Shown here one piece after another: positions 1-12,592 of a stretch of 64,000 nucleotides of DNA. This DNA comes from Kudoa neothunni (lineage: Eukaryota > Animalia > Cnidaria). Numbering within the stretch: the first letter of the stretch is position 1; every line of letters begins with the position of its first letter. Position numbers and translations under genes: made by a program. The stretch spans positions 9,939,741 to 10,003,740 of the forward strand of contig OZ199838.1 in NCBI GenBank assembly GCA_964304625.1, read 5' to 3'. The notes under the pieces are model-generated. The model did no database searches and had not been told where the DNA came from. It worked only from the letters and a program-made list of their open reading frames with translations.

Positions 1-370
1 TATTAGGTTTTTAAAAAAAGGACGTACGATTATAAACGCGATAACATTGGAATTATAACCGTTCCGATTCTATTGGGTAAAAATCACGTTAAACGTTTTT
101 ATTTGTTTTTATATAAATTAAGTGAGTTCTTTTAGTATTTTTTTCATAATATTCATATTCGCTTACAAGTAAACAAGATCAAAAATCGAGGTATTGATTT
201 CCGTGTGCATCACACTGCCCAATTATCTCACCATTATCCATGTCGCATCAATGGTCAGGATTTTTCACGCCCTACAAGAGTCGTTCATTAAACGCTCAAA
301 GATTTCCATTCCCCCACTAAAATTTTTCCACACCCAACGTGGGGCGTCTCCCCCACATTAGGAAACACTG
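1..370 (-). mobile_element. Non-autonomous hAT-like element (end only; truncated by window edge), inserted into the 5' LTR of the Gypsy element
   Basis: Ends in a TIR-like ...TTAGGAAACACTG at 370. Its reverse complement aligns over ~300 bp with the element starting CAATGTTTCCCAAC at 49915. Confidence 0.7.
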
Positions 371-371
371 C

Positions 372-3300
372 TATAAAGTGTTATAGTTGACTTGGTGTCT
401 TTATCGGCATACCTGGCTTGAACATTTACAATTGGTGACAGGAGTAGGATAACAATGGTTATAAACATAAACCTACTTTAACTCAGGGAAAGATAATTTT
501 TCTGCCGATTGGGATTGTCTGAGTATGGTGGCATCTTTTAAAGGACAATCTCCGGTAAAATTCTAAGGAATAATCCCCTGCGCCCTTGATGATGAATTAT
601 TAGACTATTATTTTACCATAAACCCCAATATACAGCAGGAGTTTGGCAAGGTCCATCGTTTACTATCTGAATATGTTGATAAACAATTGAAATCGCGGTC
701 AAAGTAATGGATCGCTCGATGTTAACGAATTTAAAACTATCTCTCTTGAACCACGCTACAGCTAACAAATTGATAAGGCTATATGTCAATTGGTATGGAC
801 CTGATGTGTCTGCATTAGTTGACACTGGATCTGAAGCAACCCTCATCAATTCTAAATTGGTCAAGAATGAGTCTGTCATAGTTAGGTGCTCAGTAGCACT
901 AATTGGTCAACTTGATGCCTCCTTTCTAATTGGCGCTAATGTTTTTTCATGTAATGAGCTTGTCGTGAATGGGCTTGAGTGAAGATTTAATAATTGGTTC
1001 AAACTTCATGAATTATACTGGAACTGTTATTGACTACAAAATCAAAAGCATCATGTTTGCAAATGTGATAATGCCCTTCTCCTTCGTTAGCAACTCACAA
1101 CAAAATCCTGGAAAATCAGTATGTACAAACAAAGTTCTATCTTTGAAGGATCTTATTAACGAAGTTGATGATGAGAAAATGTTTGGAAAACCCGATATAA
1201 TTGAACATTTTATCAATACAAACTCACAACCTTTACGTCAACAGCTACGAAGAATCCCATACAATATCAAGAATGGCTTAAGAATTAACTAAAAGAGATT
1301 CTAGATAAAAAGTGATTGAACCAAGTAATAGTCCCTAGGCAAGCCCCATAGTAATTGTAAAGAAAAAAAGTGACGGTTTGGGAATGTGCGTTGACTATCG
1401 TTTATTAAACGAAAACACAAAAAAGACGCTTATCCGCTTCCTAATATTGATGATATTTTAAATAAATTTGGAGGTTGTACGTATTTGTCTACATTCGATT
1501 CCAAACGTGGATACAGGCAAATTCCGTTGAACATGGAAGATAGAGAGAAGGCTGCTTTTGTTACTCCACATGGTCTTTATCACTTTAATGTTATGTCCTT
1601 AGGACTAACAAATGCTCCTGCTACGTTTCAAAGAGGCATGAATATTTTATTGGAAAATGTTTATTTGTTTGCCTCGATGATATAATATTCACAAAAACAT
1701 GGGAAGACTAATAAGTAAAATTTTCTTTCATTTTATTCAAAATCGAGGAAGCAGGCCTAATATTAAACAAAAAAAAGTGTCATCTTTTCAAAGAAAAACT
1801 TGAATTTCCTGGTTTTACAATATCCCGTGGAGGTATAAAATCTAACCTTGACTAAATTAAATGCGTGCGTGAATTTCCAAGGCCTTCAAACTCAAAAGGG
1901 GTGAAATCGTTTTTGGGTCTAGCAAACTACCATCGAAGATTTGTCCTCAAATTCTTCCAAAATTACCGGCCCATTAAACAATCTAACGAAAAAGCCGATC
2001 CATTTCATGAGGTGAGGAATGCGAGTCTTCATTTTTGAAATTGAAAGATGTGCCCACAACTGCGCCCTTGTTGTCTTATCCTGATTTTAAAAGAGATTTT
2101 TTCCTCCAAATTGATATTTCCGACAACGCTGTTGGATGTGTGTTCAGTCAGAAATTCAATAGTGTTGAACACGTAATATGCTTTGCTAGTAGAACTTTGA
2201 ATGACACCGAGAGAAAGTATTCCACCATTGAGAAGGAGGCCTTGGAAATAAGTTGGGTCATCCGTCAACATCGATACTACTTAGTTGGAAATCAGTTTAT
2301 GGTTTTAACTGATCATAACCCCTTGACCTATCTTAGCACCATGAAGGATTCTCATGGTCGAATATCTCGATGGATAATGCAGTTGCAAGAGTACAATTTT
2401 AAAGTGTGCTATCGTCCAGCCGCTGAGCATACCAATGCTGATGTGGTTTCTAGAATAATTTGCCGCGTTAACGTTATTCCAAATAATAGTCCTATATCTG
2501 AAGTATTAATCATGGATGCGATCCGTTAATCTATCGGCTCAGACAAAATTCATAAGAATCTCACGGAGGAGTTAACTGCCTCTAGTAACATTAAAAATAA
2601 AAGGCGAGGAAAATTCGTACTTGAGGATGGTATTGTCTACCGCACATTTCAAAACCCAGAGGGAATGATGAAACAAATATACTTGCCCTATGAAACTAAT
2701 AAATAAAGTGCTAACTCATTTTCATGATTATTGTGGACACATGGGAGGATTCAAAGTGCTTAATCTTCTGAGTAAAAGGTTCTGTTGGCCTGGATACCAA
2801 CAATCAACATTCAAATTTGTCGTTCTTGCAATCTGTGTCAAAAGTTTTGCCGTGAGATTGATTCTACTGACTATCAACACTTCAATTCTAAAGCTCCTTT
2901 AGAAGTTCTACAATGGGATCTTATGGGATGATTACCTGAAACTAGATCAAAGAACGATATGTATTGGTTTTATGCAACATATTCACTAAATGGGTCGAAG
3001 CCTTTCCATTAAGTTGTGCCGACACTGAGACACTGGCCAAATGTATGGTGAATTAGGTTATTTCTAGATTTGGCGTTCCATTATAAGTTCATTCTGACAA
3101 GGAAATTAATTTTAATAATAGTTTAATACGATAAATTGGTAATATATTTGGTATAAAGATAACAACAAGTGGTTATCATCCGGAAAGCAACGGTATTGTC
3201 GAAAGAGTGAATGGAACAATGGAAAAACTTATTGCAAAATCTGTTGATCAATGTGCTCAATGGGGATTAATTACGGTCGCTATTATTGTATGATAGAAGT

Positions 3301-3982
3301 GCTATTCACAACACAACCAGTTATAGTCCGTTCTGGTTGACTCAAGGAAGAGAATCTAGATTACCTGTGGACCATGATATTTTTTTGGTGAAACATATAC
3401 TTCCCCCAAAAATTACGCTAAGAAATTGCGGGAACGTATCATTGTTTCTGGCAAATTGGCTCAATTTCATATTTACGACTCTCAATTAAGTTGTGAATTC
3501 TTTAATAAAAAAAGAAGATTGAAACCATTTAAATCTGGTGATTTTGCGAGGCTTAAACGACCAAATATACACTCAAAATGGGAATCAATGTGGAGTGGAC
3601 CTTACAAAATATTAAATAAATTAAGCCCGACGAATTATTTGATTAACATCGGTAATAATGCTGCTGTGGTTCATAGGAACAGATTGAAGCTTAATCGTTC
3701 AACTGATTCTACTACAAGTAACTATTCCCATAAAGGCAATTATACACCAAAAAATGATAATATATCTCCAATCTCTTTTCCTGTTGATGCCCCTAGAGTT
3801 GATGATGATAATAATGGCTTAAGAAGATTACAAAGACTTAGAAAGGCCCTTCCTATTTAAACGATCATTATTCTTCAATGGAAAGGGAGGGAGTTTTAAG
3901 GCTTATGTAGTGCACGTGCGAGATATAAAATATTATAGTTGACGTGGTGTCTTTATCGGCGTAGTTGGCGTGAACGTTCACA
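372..3982 (+). mobile_element. Degenerate Ty3/Gypsy LTR retrotransposon (gag remnant, PR-RT-RH-IN pseudogene)
   Basis: 5' LTR remnant 372-430 matches 3924-3982 (about 9 mismatches in 59 bp). PBS TGGTGACAGGAGTAGGAT at 433-450 (tRNA-Leu-like). PPT GGAAAGGGAGGGAG at 3880-3893. 3' LTR about 3894-3982. Fragmented motifs: VDTGSEATLI (PR); YPLPNIDD, LGLTNAPATFQR, CLDDI (RT); ICFASRTL, TDHNPL (RH); HDYCGH, W-GPY (IN). Many stops and frameshifts. Confidence 0.93.
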
Positions 3983-4443
3983 AACATGATTTTATCATAT
4001 TTTTTACTTTATAAGGCGCCCATAAGAGTCATTTTTTATGTGTTCTGGGATAACAACACTAGAGAAAGGACACAACTATGCGCACATGTGCAGAAATGGT
4101 GTTCCAGCACGTGCCTAACCGATTTTGCCTCCACGTTGAATTTACCCGATGCAGGAATATAAATATAAGGGGAGTTGAAAAGGTCTGTTTGGTGGTATAA
4201 TACTAGGTTGAAATTAAAAAAAAAAAATTTTCATTTATGAAAATAGTTCAAGAATTGATGATAAATGTTGGGTTCATATTTCTAAACACGCTATAATCAT
4301 GACTTGAGAAACACTTTATCGCGTCCAAATCAAAAAAGTAAGTGAAACGGTAGAACGTTCTAAGATAATTGCTACTACCACATTCCTAAAACTTCCCAGG
4401 ATGGGTCCTGTGTGATGCTTATTGACATACCGCCCAGAGGATA

Positions 4444-5672
4444 TTACAAGAATTTCCATAGAATTGTGGTAACCATGGATCCAAGGAAACTTAAAACGAC
4501 GTCAATAAGGTTGTATTTCTTATTGGATCCTTTACCAGAAACTGAAAGTAGGTTCAGATGCTTTATGGTTAATATTGAAAATTCAAAAAATTGATATGCG
4601 ACAACCAGAACGGTATATCTTCTTTTTTTAAATAGATGGCATGAACTGCAAGGTTGAGTCTTTTGGAGTTCCTCGGTACAATTGATTGACAAGGGAGTTA
4701 GGTTATAGTCATCTGGGAGTATGCCATATAGTAAATTCTTTCTAAAGTTGTATTTGTTGGGGAAAACGTGATCTTTGCGGTGTTGCTGGGCATACATATT
4801 TTCTGCTTTAAGAATATTTCGTGTGTATCTTTTCTTATTCTGGTCAAATAAAGATTTATTTTGTGTTCTCTATGGAAGATTTACAACCGAATAAAGGTTC
4901 TTTCTGAGCAAAAAAAGAAACGGGCGAGCTCATAGTTTCTACCAAGCCTAAATAAATTTTGATGGGATTATTAAATGATGAAAACATAGTTTATACCTTC
5001 AATGAATCTTTTCAGTATATTGTAACCCTCCTCCAAAATATCTTTGACGTTTATGGAGGTCCACACATTTTTTTCGTCATTCATGTACCACGTCTCGTTC
5101 GATGCGTAGTATATATATATATATATATATCCATCAAAGTAAGCAGCGTCGTTCAGGTGGTCAATAAAGCTAAAATCGTTGATTATATGCGCATTCATTT
5201 GTTGACAAAATATGTTTACCTCGCCAAGCATGATAACTTTATAACAAAGTCCAAATTAGGTCCTCAAATAATTTGGAAGGTTTTCATTACGAAAGCTTTG
5301 AACTGATCCGAATTTGGATCTGGCATTAATATGGTGACATTCCGATCATGTATCTACAGGTTTTGAGCGCCAATATTAAAATAACCTTTCTACAACTCGC
5401 TAACAAATGTTAGGGGATCAGTTGGCAAAATGTTAATATCTTAGTCATTATTCACAACGGATTTGGTTAAGAATAATCTGATTGATGGGAATCACGGACT
5501 TGTTAAAGTCATTTGGATCAGACTTTTTCATAACTTGCAACATAATATTGTTATATCGACTCACCAATTCATAATCTTCTCAGGATATCAGATGCAAAGG
5601 ATTCTTCATTTCCCCAGTCATGGGAAAGTTGAGGGGTCGTCTGGATGTTGTAGACAGTGGGAGATGGTTTGA
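4444..5672 (-). pseudogene. Fragmented unknown coding-like sequence (possible membrane or secreted protein remnant)
   Basis: Minus-strand ORF fragments 4971-5231 and 4444-4797 with Cys/Trp content and a hydrophobic end (LIDVVLSFLGSMVTTILWKFL). Interrupted by a (TA)n tract. No recognisable family. Confidence 0.25.
5110..5130. repeat. (TA)n microsatellite
   Basis: About 10 TA units. Confidence 0.85.
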
Positions 5673-6329
5673 CTGGTAGTGCTAAACTACGTGGCCTCTA
5701 AATAACGTGTCATTTCCCATGTTTTCCCTCTTTCTTTTTTACTATTTTTTTAATAAAAAAAGAATGTAACTGATAAGATTCAACCATAAAAATGGCATTT
5801 AATTTCCCAGTATAATCCCAGATGAAAACAAATCATTGCATAGTTTATCTTTTTTTCATTGCTAGACAGTCATTTATTCGCGTATCATGTCATCTATTAG
5901 TACGCACGATCGTTGATAATATTTTTTCAGTTATCGTACAGAAAGATAAATTATCGATATTAAATTTAAATTTCACTTATATTATTTAGTAATTCCCTTC
6001 TTTTTATTTGATAAAAATTTGTATCTTCTAACAAAATTATTTATATGAGAAAATATTTTTTTTAAAGTGTAGCAGTCTCAAAGAAGTTATTTTAGATTTA
6101 CTCATTTACTTCAATGAATGTAATTATTTGGTTGGCATCTGCGTTATTTATTTTTCCATTAAATATTGAGGAAACTACTAGATTAAATGCTACGTTTATA
6201 AATTTGTTCACACATGTTTAGTAATAAAAATAAGGAAAGATAATTATATAGATACAAAAACACAATTTCAAATATAATTACTAAAAATATGTATTTTAAA
6301 AATATTATTGAATGATTCTATCTTTGAAC

Positions 6330-7410
6330 CCATAATCGAGCTAAATTATTCTTCTTGGATATATTGAATTAAATTCTTAGCCAAAATTCCTTTTCTTACT
6401 CTAAGAATTTTATTTTTAGTCAACCCCAACAAGCTTCTATTCTATTTGTGTTGGTCTCGTCTCTGGCATACTCCGTTGAGTGGTTTATTGCAGTATGCTC
6501 GTATCCCAATGATTCCAAATTATTGTAGGCTGCCCATACGTGGCTGTGGATCGCTGAACCGGGAATTACTTCTGTTTGGATAATATGGGTTAGGGTCTTT
6601 ATGTCCCATCGCTTGAAAAAAAGTAGCGAACATCTTTCATGGATCTCTAACTTTTTTAACTTTGCAAAGTGCCAACCCAGCCAAATATCCAGGGTTCATC
6701 AACGTGATTCCCGTTTCATTATCTCCAATTAGCACCTACGTTTTGTAAAACGATATACGTATAAATCATAATTTAACCCAAAAATTAATTTGTATGATTA
6801 AATTTTCAATGCATCTCTCATTAGGTAATGTCCTTTGTTATTTTGTCTCTTGCCATGTGACAGATTTTTATCGATCTTCACAACGTATCCTTCCCGCCGA
6901 ACGATTTCCGTTTATCAAAATCAGCGGCACAGATTGTCCTGATTTTCTCGAACCAATACGAAATGGTCAGTTTACTCGTCTTCGCCATGCCTACAGTAGA
7001 CCATATTGTATTATCCACGCACCAATAATAAATAATTTTAATGATTTTTTTATTGTTATCTTCGCTGAGGAACCTACGCTATTGGCAAAAAATGTCTCAT
7101 TTCGGGGAGAATACTTAGTTTCACGCCTAAAAGAAATTTACAAATAAAAATTATTGTAGAGCCAACTTTTTGCAGACATAATAAAAAGTATAATCCACTC
7201 CATTTCGTTCGTGTAGTGACAACTGCGTTATTGGCCGTTGAATATTAAGCTTTCTCTTTATTATATAAAGAGTGTCGAGATTGCGGCAATTTTAACATCT
7301 TTTTGGTGGACTTTTGAGGTATCGTTTCCTAATCAGCGTATTAAACAAAACATCGTGATTATTTATAAATATAAAAATTTGTCATCTTCAATGAAACTAA
7401 GAAACTCCAT
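6330..7410 (-). pseudogene. Degenerate Merlin (ISXO2/IS1595-like) transposase
   Basis: Starts MEFLSFIEDDKFL (ATG 7410), paralleling MESLSFLGDDAFF at 10163. Downstream remnants resemble PWIFG-LAL, TLTHIIQTEVIPGS-IHS-VWAAYNNL and match ORF 8949-9374. Confidence 0.65.
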
Positions 7411-7730
7411 TACAAGTAGTACGGGGTAAATTCATCCCATGTTATAAAATTATATTCTTTCATACTCACGCCATCATAACGTAGAGAATGTTTGTAGAAA
7501 AATTCTTACAAAAAAAATAATATAAGAACCCCCCAGTTTGTGGTAATCATCGGGCCCAATTAGGGGTTAATTGAATATATGCCATGAAAAAAAGGATAAC
7601 AATAAAACGATTGTTGTAGATCTGGGACTCTGCGGAAAATTGAAGGTCATTTTTTGGTTGTTCAATTTTTTAACTAGTAATTCTTTTATCTTATTATAAA
7701 AAAAGTCGCATAGTAGAACCTAGGAAAAAC

Positions 7731-10501
7731 GGTAATGGGAGTGTGTGGCACCTAAAAATCACTATCTTGCGCATGCTTCTTCTTCCTAATTTTTTCACGA
7801 TTGTTATAATAAAATAATACCGAGAACAAAGATTTAGCTAAAAATAACTTGAAAATTTTAACAATTCTTCACCCGAACACTGTTGGGTGCACGTACAAGC
7901 CCCATTGTGTGACAATAAGGATTGAATATTCTCTTTTTCTCTCGTCATCTGAACTCGACGGTTATCTGTCACTATTTAGATTTTTTTCTATTTAAATATA
8001 ACAACTTTAAATTGACAAACTTAAAAGGGGCTTTCCGCATATTCCACAAAAACATTATAATTTCTATTACATCAATTTGTTATATTAACTATTAATATGT
8101 ATAAACAGGTTTATTGTTGGTATTTTTAGTTTAAAATTTTTTGGGGATTTTATGTCTACATATAAGATGGTTATACGTGCATTTTTATTAAAATTTATTA
8201 ACTGCAAAAATTATATATATTTATATCAATAATTCTGTACGTTCATTATGTTAAGAGCCTCGTGGAAAAGATCTGTATACAAATATTTTATTGAAAACTA
8301 TTTATATAACAATTTGTTTTTGATAAATAAAAGTGGGAGCCAGGATCAGATTTTAGTATAAATGTTGATAACGATTATTACATTAATTGCCATAATTTAT
8401 ACGAACCCTGTTTAGAATAATATATTTGTTCATTTATTACTATATCATTAAAAATTACGAGCAATAATATATATATCTATATGTTATAAAAAAGGTGACA
8501 ATAAATCCATAATTTTAGAGTTTTATTGTTTAACCTACATATTAATTTTTTTGTTAAAAAATTATCTCAGAAAATTTTAATATAACATTAGATTTTTCTG
8601 GTCAATATCTTTTGGAAATAGTGAAAGACTTATATAATAAAGGAATCTTCACTGAGATATTATGTTAATTGGGTAAAAAAAATTGAATTATTATTATTAT
8701 GAATTCATTAAATGATTCTATTTTATTATATTATTATTTTTATAATCATATTGGGATTAGATTTTAAATTTATATATATTATAATATACCACATAATTTC
8801 TCTGTGTATTAAAAAGAGTTACAATGTCATTAATTTAATAATTTTTGCATATTCATAGATAGACATGTATTTATTTATTCGGTAGTATATTTTATCATAC
8901 TAACAACGTGATTTAAAAGTTCAGATTTTTCCCATAAATTGATCTGAATCATTCTTCCGATAAATATGTTTCTAAATTTTCAAAAGAAACTCCTCTCTTG
9001 ATTCTTAGGAATTTTGTTATCAGTCTTCCCCAGCAGGCCTCGATGGTATTAGTGTGAAACCCATCGCGAACATATTCTATAGAATGATTAATTTTTATAT
9101 GATTATAACCAAGTGATGATAAACTATTGTAGGCAGACCACTCATCACTAAAAATGGTCGACCCAGAAATGACTTCATTCTTGATAATTTGGGTTAAGGT
9201 TTCGGAATTTCTTTTTTCGACGTAGAAGTATCGAACCTCGTTCAGCCACCTTTTGTTATTGTCGTCGACATGACAAAGTGCCAAACCAAATATCCACGGC
9301 CCGTCAATACGATTACCGTATCTTTCTCTTCTTGCTGAATTTATATACTTAAATAAATTGAACAAGGTAATCATATATTACTTGAGGAATTATCCGACAC
9401 TTCGCTCTCTGATGGCTCATATTGGCTTCCGCTTATATCATCGATTGCTATAAGATTGAAAGTATAGCAAGTCATAATAAAGAAATATAATGCATTAAAT
9501 AATAGAGATAATCACTTACATCAACAAATTCTTTGTTTGGAGACGTCTTCCAAAAATCTCTTTTAAATTAACGGTCACGATTATTTTTTCGTTTTCCGCG
9601 TAGAAGAGTTTCGTCTATTTCTACTACGAAACCTTCTCCGCCAAATTTGGATCGTTGATTAAAGTTCTGGGTACAAATATATCGAAGCTTTGTAAACCAC
9701 ATAGCCACCGTTTTCTTGTCACAATGAATCATTTCGGAAGCGGATAAAATAGAATTATCCATAGACCAATAATAAATAATTTTACGAATTTTTTTGACCG
9801 TCAGGTTATGAGATGGACCATAACAACTTGAAATAGAAAAAAACATCCAATTCCTCGGAGATACCTTGGTTTTGCATCTAAATCCCGTTAAGGTGGTTTT
9901 TAGAGACAACGTTATTACTTTTTACAAAAATAGCAAAACATATAATCATAATCATTCCGTTCGTACGATGTCATTTTTGACATAGGTCTTCTGACATTTG
10001 ATTTTCGTTTTATTAACGAAAAACATTTAAAATTATAACATTTAGAGCACCTATGAGGAGGAGAACGAAGATACCCTTGATGTAACAATGCATTAAATAA
10101 TTTCACAGGATCATTAATCAACGAAAAAAAAGCGTCATCTCCAAGAAAACTTAGCGACTCCATTTCTTTAACACGTGTTAAGCTAACCCATTATTTTATT
10201 AACGAAGTTTATATGTTATTCAAATAAAGGAATTAAATTATTATGTTCAATAATAAATCATTACAGTAATGATTAATTTGGAAATAGGAGAAAATTCAAT
10301 ATTTATTGACACACGATAGAGATTGCACGTGCATCCGACAGTGTTCGGGTTAAGAATTGTTAGAATTTAGAAGTTGTTATTTTGAGCTGAATCTTTGCTC
10401 TCGGTATTATTTTATTTTATTATAAACAATCGTGAAAAAATTAAGAAGAAGGAACATGCGCAAGATAGTGATTTTTAGGTGCCACACACTCCCCCATTAC
10501 C
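7731..10501 (-). mobile_element. Merlin (ISXO2/IS1595-like) DNA transposon with ~190-bp TIRs; transposase interrupted by stops
   Basis: TIRs GGTAATGGGAGTGTGTGGCACCTAAAAATCACTATCTTGCGCATG... at 7731-~7920 and the inverse at ~10300-10501. ORFs 9915-10163 (CxxC), 9568-9909 (GGEGFVVEIDET) and 8949-9374 (IFSDEWSAY, INHS, HTNTIEACW) carry DDE_Tnp_IS1595 motifs. No clear TSD. Confidence 0.88.
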
Positions 10502-10560
10502 TTATCCTCCTATTACTGAGTGTTTGTCAAGAATGGAATTTGAAAATATATTCAAATATA

Positions 10561-12588
10561 GAGTAGTGCAGGGATACTACACACTTTTTTGGGACGAAAC
10601 ACTTCGGTGCGTAGTATCCATGTCCGCGCGCGCAAAATGAGAGAAAAATCTTAGTCGCGCGCCGCTGTATTTTGTATTTAACAACCGTATTTGCCCACCC
10701 ATATTAATGGTAACTCGAATATATTTGGGAAAAATCAATAGTAAATACACGAAAAAATAAATATAAGGTGAATAAACTATAATAATTCGAAATTATGCAG
10801 ATTTTTTGAAATAATCGGTTATTTTATCGTTGTTTGGGAACCGCGTCTTATGTTGCAAATAAAAAAGTCTAATTTAGTTATATTTTCTAACATAGCTCGG
10901 TCATGAACGAAAAAAATTTCCTCAATTTATTTAAATGTTCGTAACTTCATTTATGGAACAAATAGTGCTAGTTTGTTCATAATTTGCATTAGAAGTCGAT
11001 TCATCCATTGTGTCGACTCCATCATTTATCAAGTTAACACATTCTTCTTCTGGGTCTCTAATTGAAATAATTCCTTCTTCATCAACGCAGTCTCTGAGTT
11101 GATTTCCTGGTAAATTCCTTTCAAACGAAGGGATGATGTCTGCTGAATCACAGTTATTAAAAAAGAATTATTTGTTAAAAAAGCTTTTTATTGTTTCGTC
11201 AGTCACTAATTGCCATGCTTCTTTAGTCATATACATAGCTTCAAGTAAGTCTGGAGGATCATCACTTAAATTGTTATCGGAAACATCCGTGGAATTAGAA
11301 ATGGCTTTATTTATAAAATAATTTGTCAGATGATTTTTGAAAATACACTTAAAACTGTTAATAATTCCCTGATCCAATTGCTGCAATACATTGTTTGTTT
11401 TGGATGGGAAAAAACAGAGTTGGACGTTTGAAAAATTTAGTGTTGGGTGGGCTGGACAATTATCAACAAATAATAAGATACTTTTCTTGCATCGAGAAAG
11501 TTCACGATTCCACTCCGTTAGTTATTTTGAAAAAATCAAGCTGGTCATCCAAGCTTTCTTATTTACGTAATAGGGAAGTGGGAGGTCCTTAATCTTCCGA
11601 AAGCAACGGGGTTTTTCATAACTTCCAATTATTAATAACGGTCATTTTTCTCAAAACATCGAGAAAATGGCAAGAATAGTTACTCTCCTCTTCGATTTTT
11701 TAGAACTGTGCAAGTTTCCCTCCTTTTTAAATACGTAACCATGCACCAAATTTCATATTGTGATACAAATTTAAAGTATATTTTATTTTTTCTTTGCCGA
11801 TAAAATAGCTCAGTCTCATTCTAATTAAAAATATCTTTTGGGTCATAATTGTCAATCAACTTTAACAGTTGATCTTTCCAAGAGGAAACTATTTCAGGAT
11901 CGACACTCTTAGACTCTCCTGTGAATTTGTTCTTCTTCAGCCCAACTCTTGAAGCAAAGCTTTGAAACCAACCTCTATCAACTTTAGAAGTTGTTTTTTA
12001 ACTTCAAATGAATGGTCGTTAGCATTTTTAATTATATCATCCCTTGAGAACTCGATATTATTAGTTCTTATTAACTCAATCCACTCCTTAACTTTGGAAT
12101 CTAACGTGGAAAAATTCCCTTTTCCTAAGGTTTTTCTGCTGTGATCTAGGTCTCCAGAGTTTAAATTGTTCATAATACCGCTCCTTTTTAATAATATGCT
12201 ATTCAAAGAAGATATCGATTTGAGATTAAATTTCCCAACGGTTTTAGTTTTTGAGCGATTGAATCCTTTTATTTCGTCGTAATAATTTATTATTTTAATC
12301 CTGTCATATAACGATCGATATTTTCTCTGATTTCTTAACTGCGTACTAACCATGCCGTTGGATCTAATTGGGGGATTTTTAATGCGCAATATCCATGAAG
12401 TGCGCAGTAAGCATGCAGCCAAATTTTCTCTAGTTGTGAGCAATATTTTTAATAATAATTTTTCTTAATTAAACATTTTTAAGTTTATTGTACTATAAAT
12501 AACAATATTATGTATTATTAATAGGAAACCTTGCCATAATGTCAAAAAGTGCGTAGTACCCCTGCTACGCAATATCCCTGCACTACTG
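10561..12588 (-). mobile_element. Degenerate pogo/Tigger DNA transposon
   Basis: TIRs (G/C)AGTAGTGCAGGGATA at 10561 and TATCCCTGCACTACTG ending 12588, each flanked by TA. CENP-B-like HTH fragment (11937-12443) and QQLDQGIINSFK (11168-11386). Frameshifted. Confidence 0.85.
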
Positions 12589-12592
12589 TATA

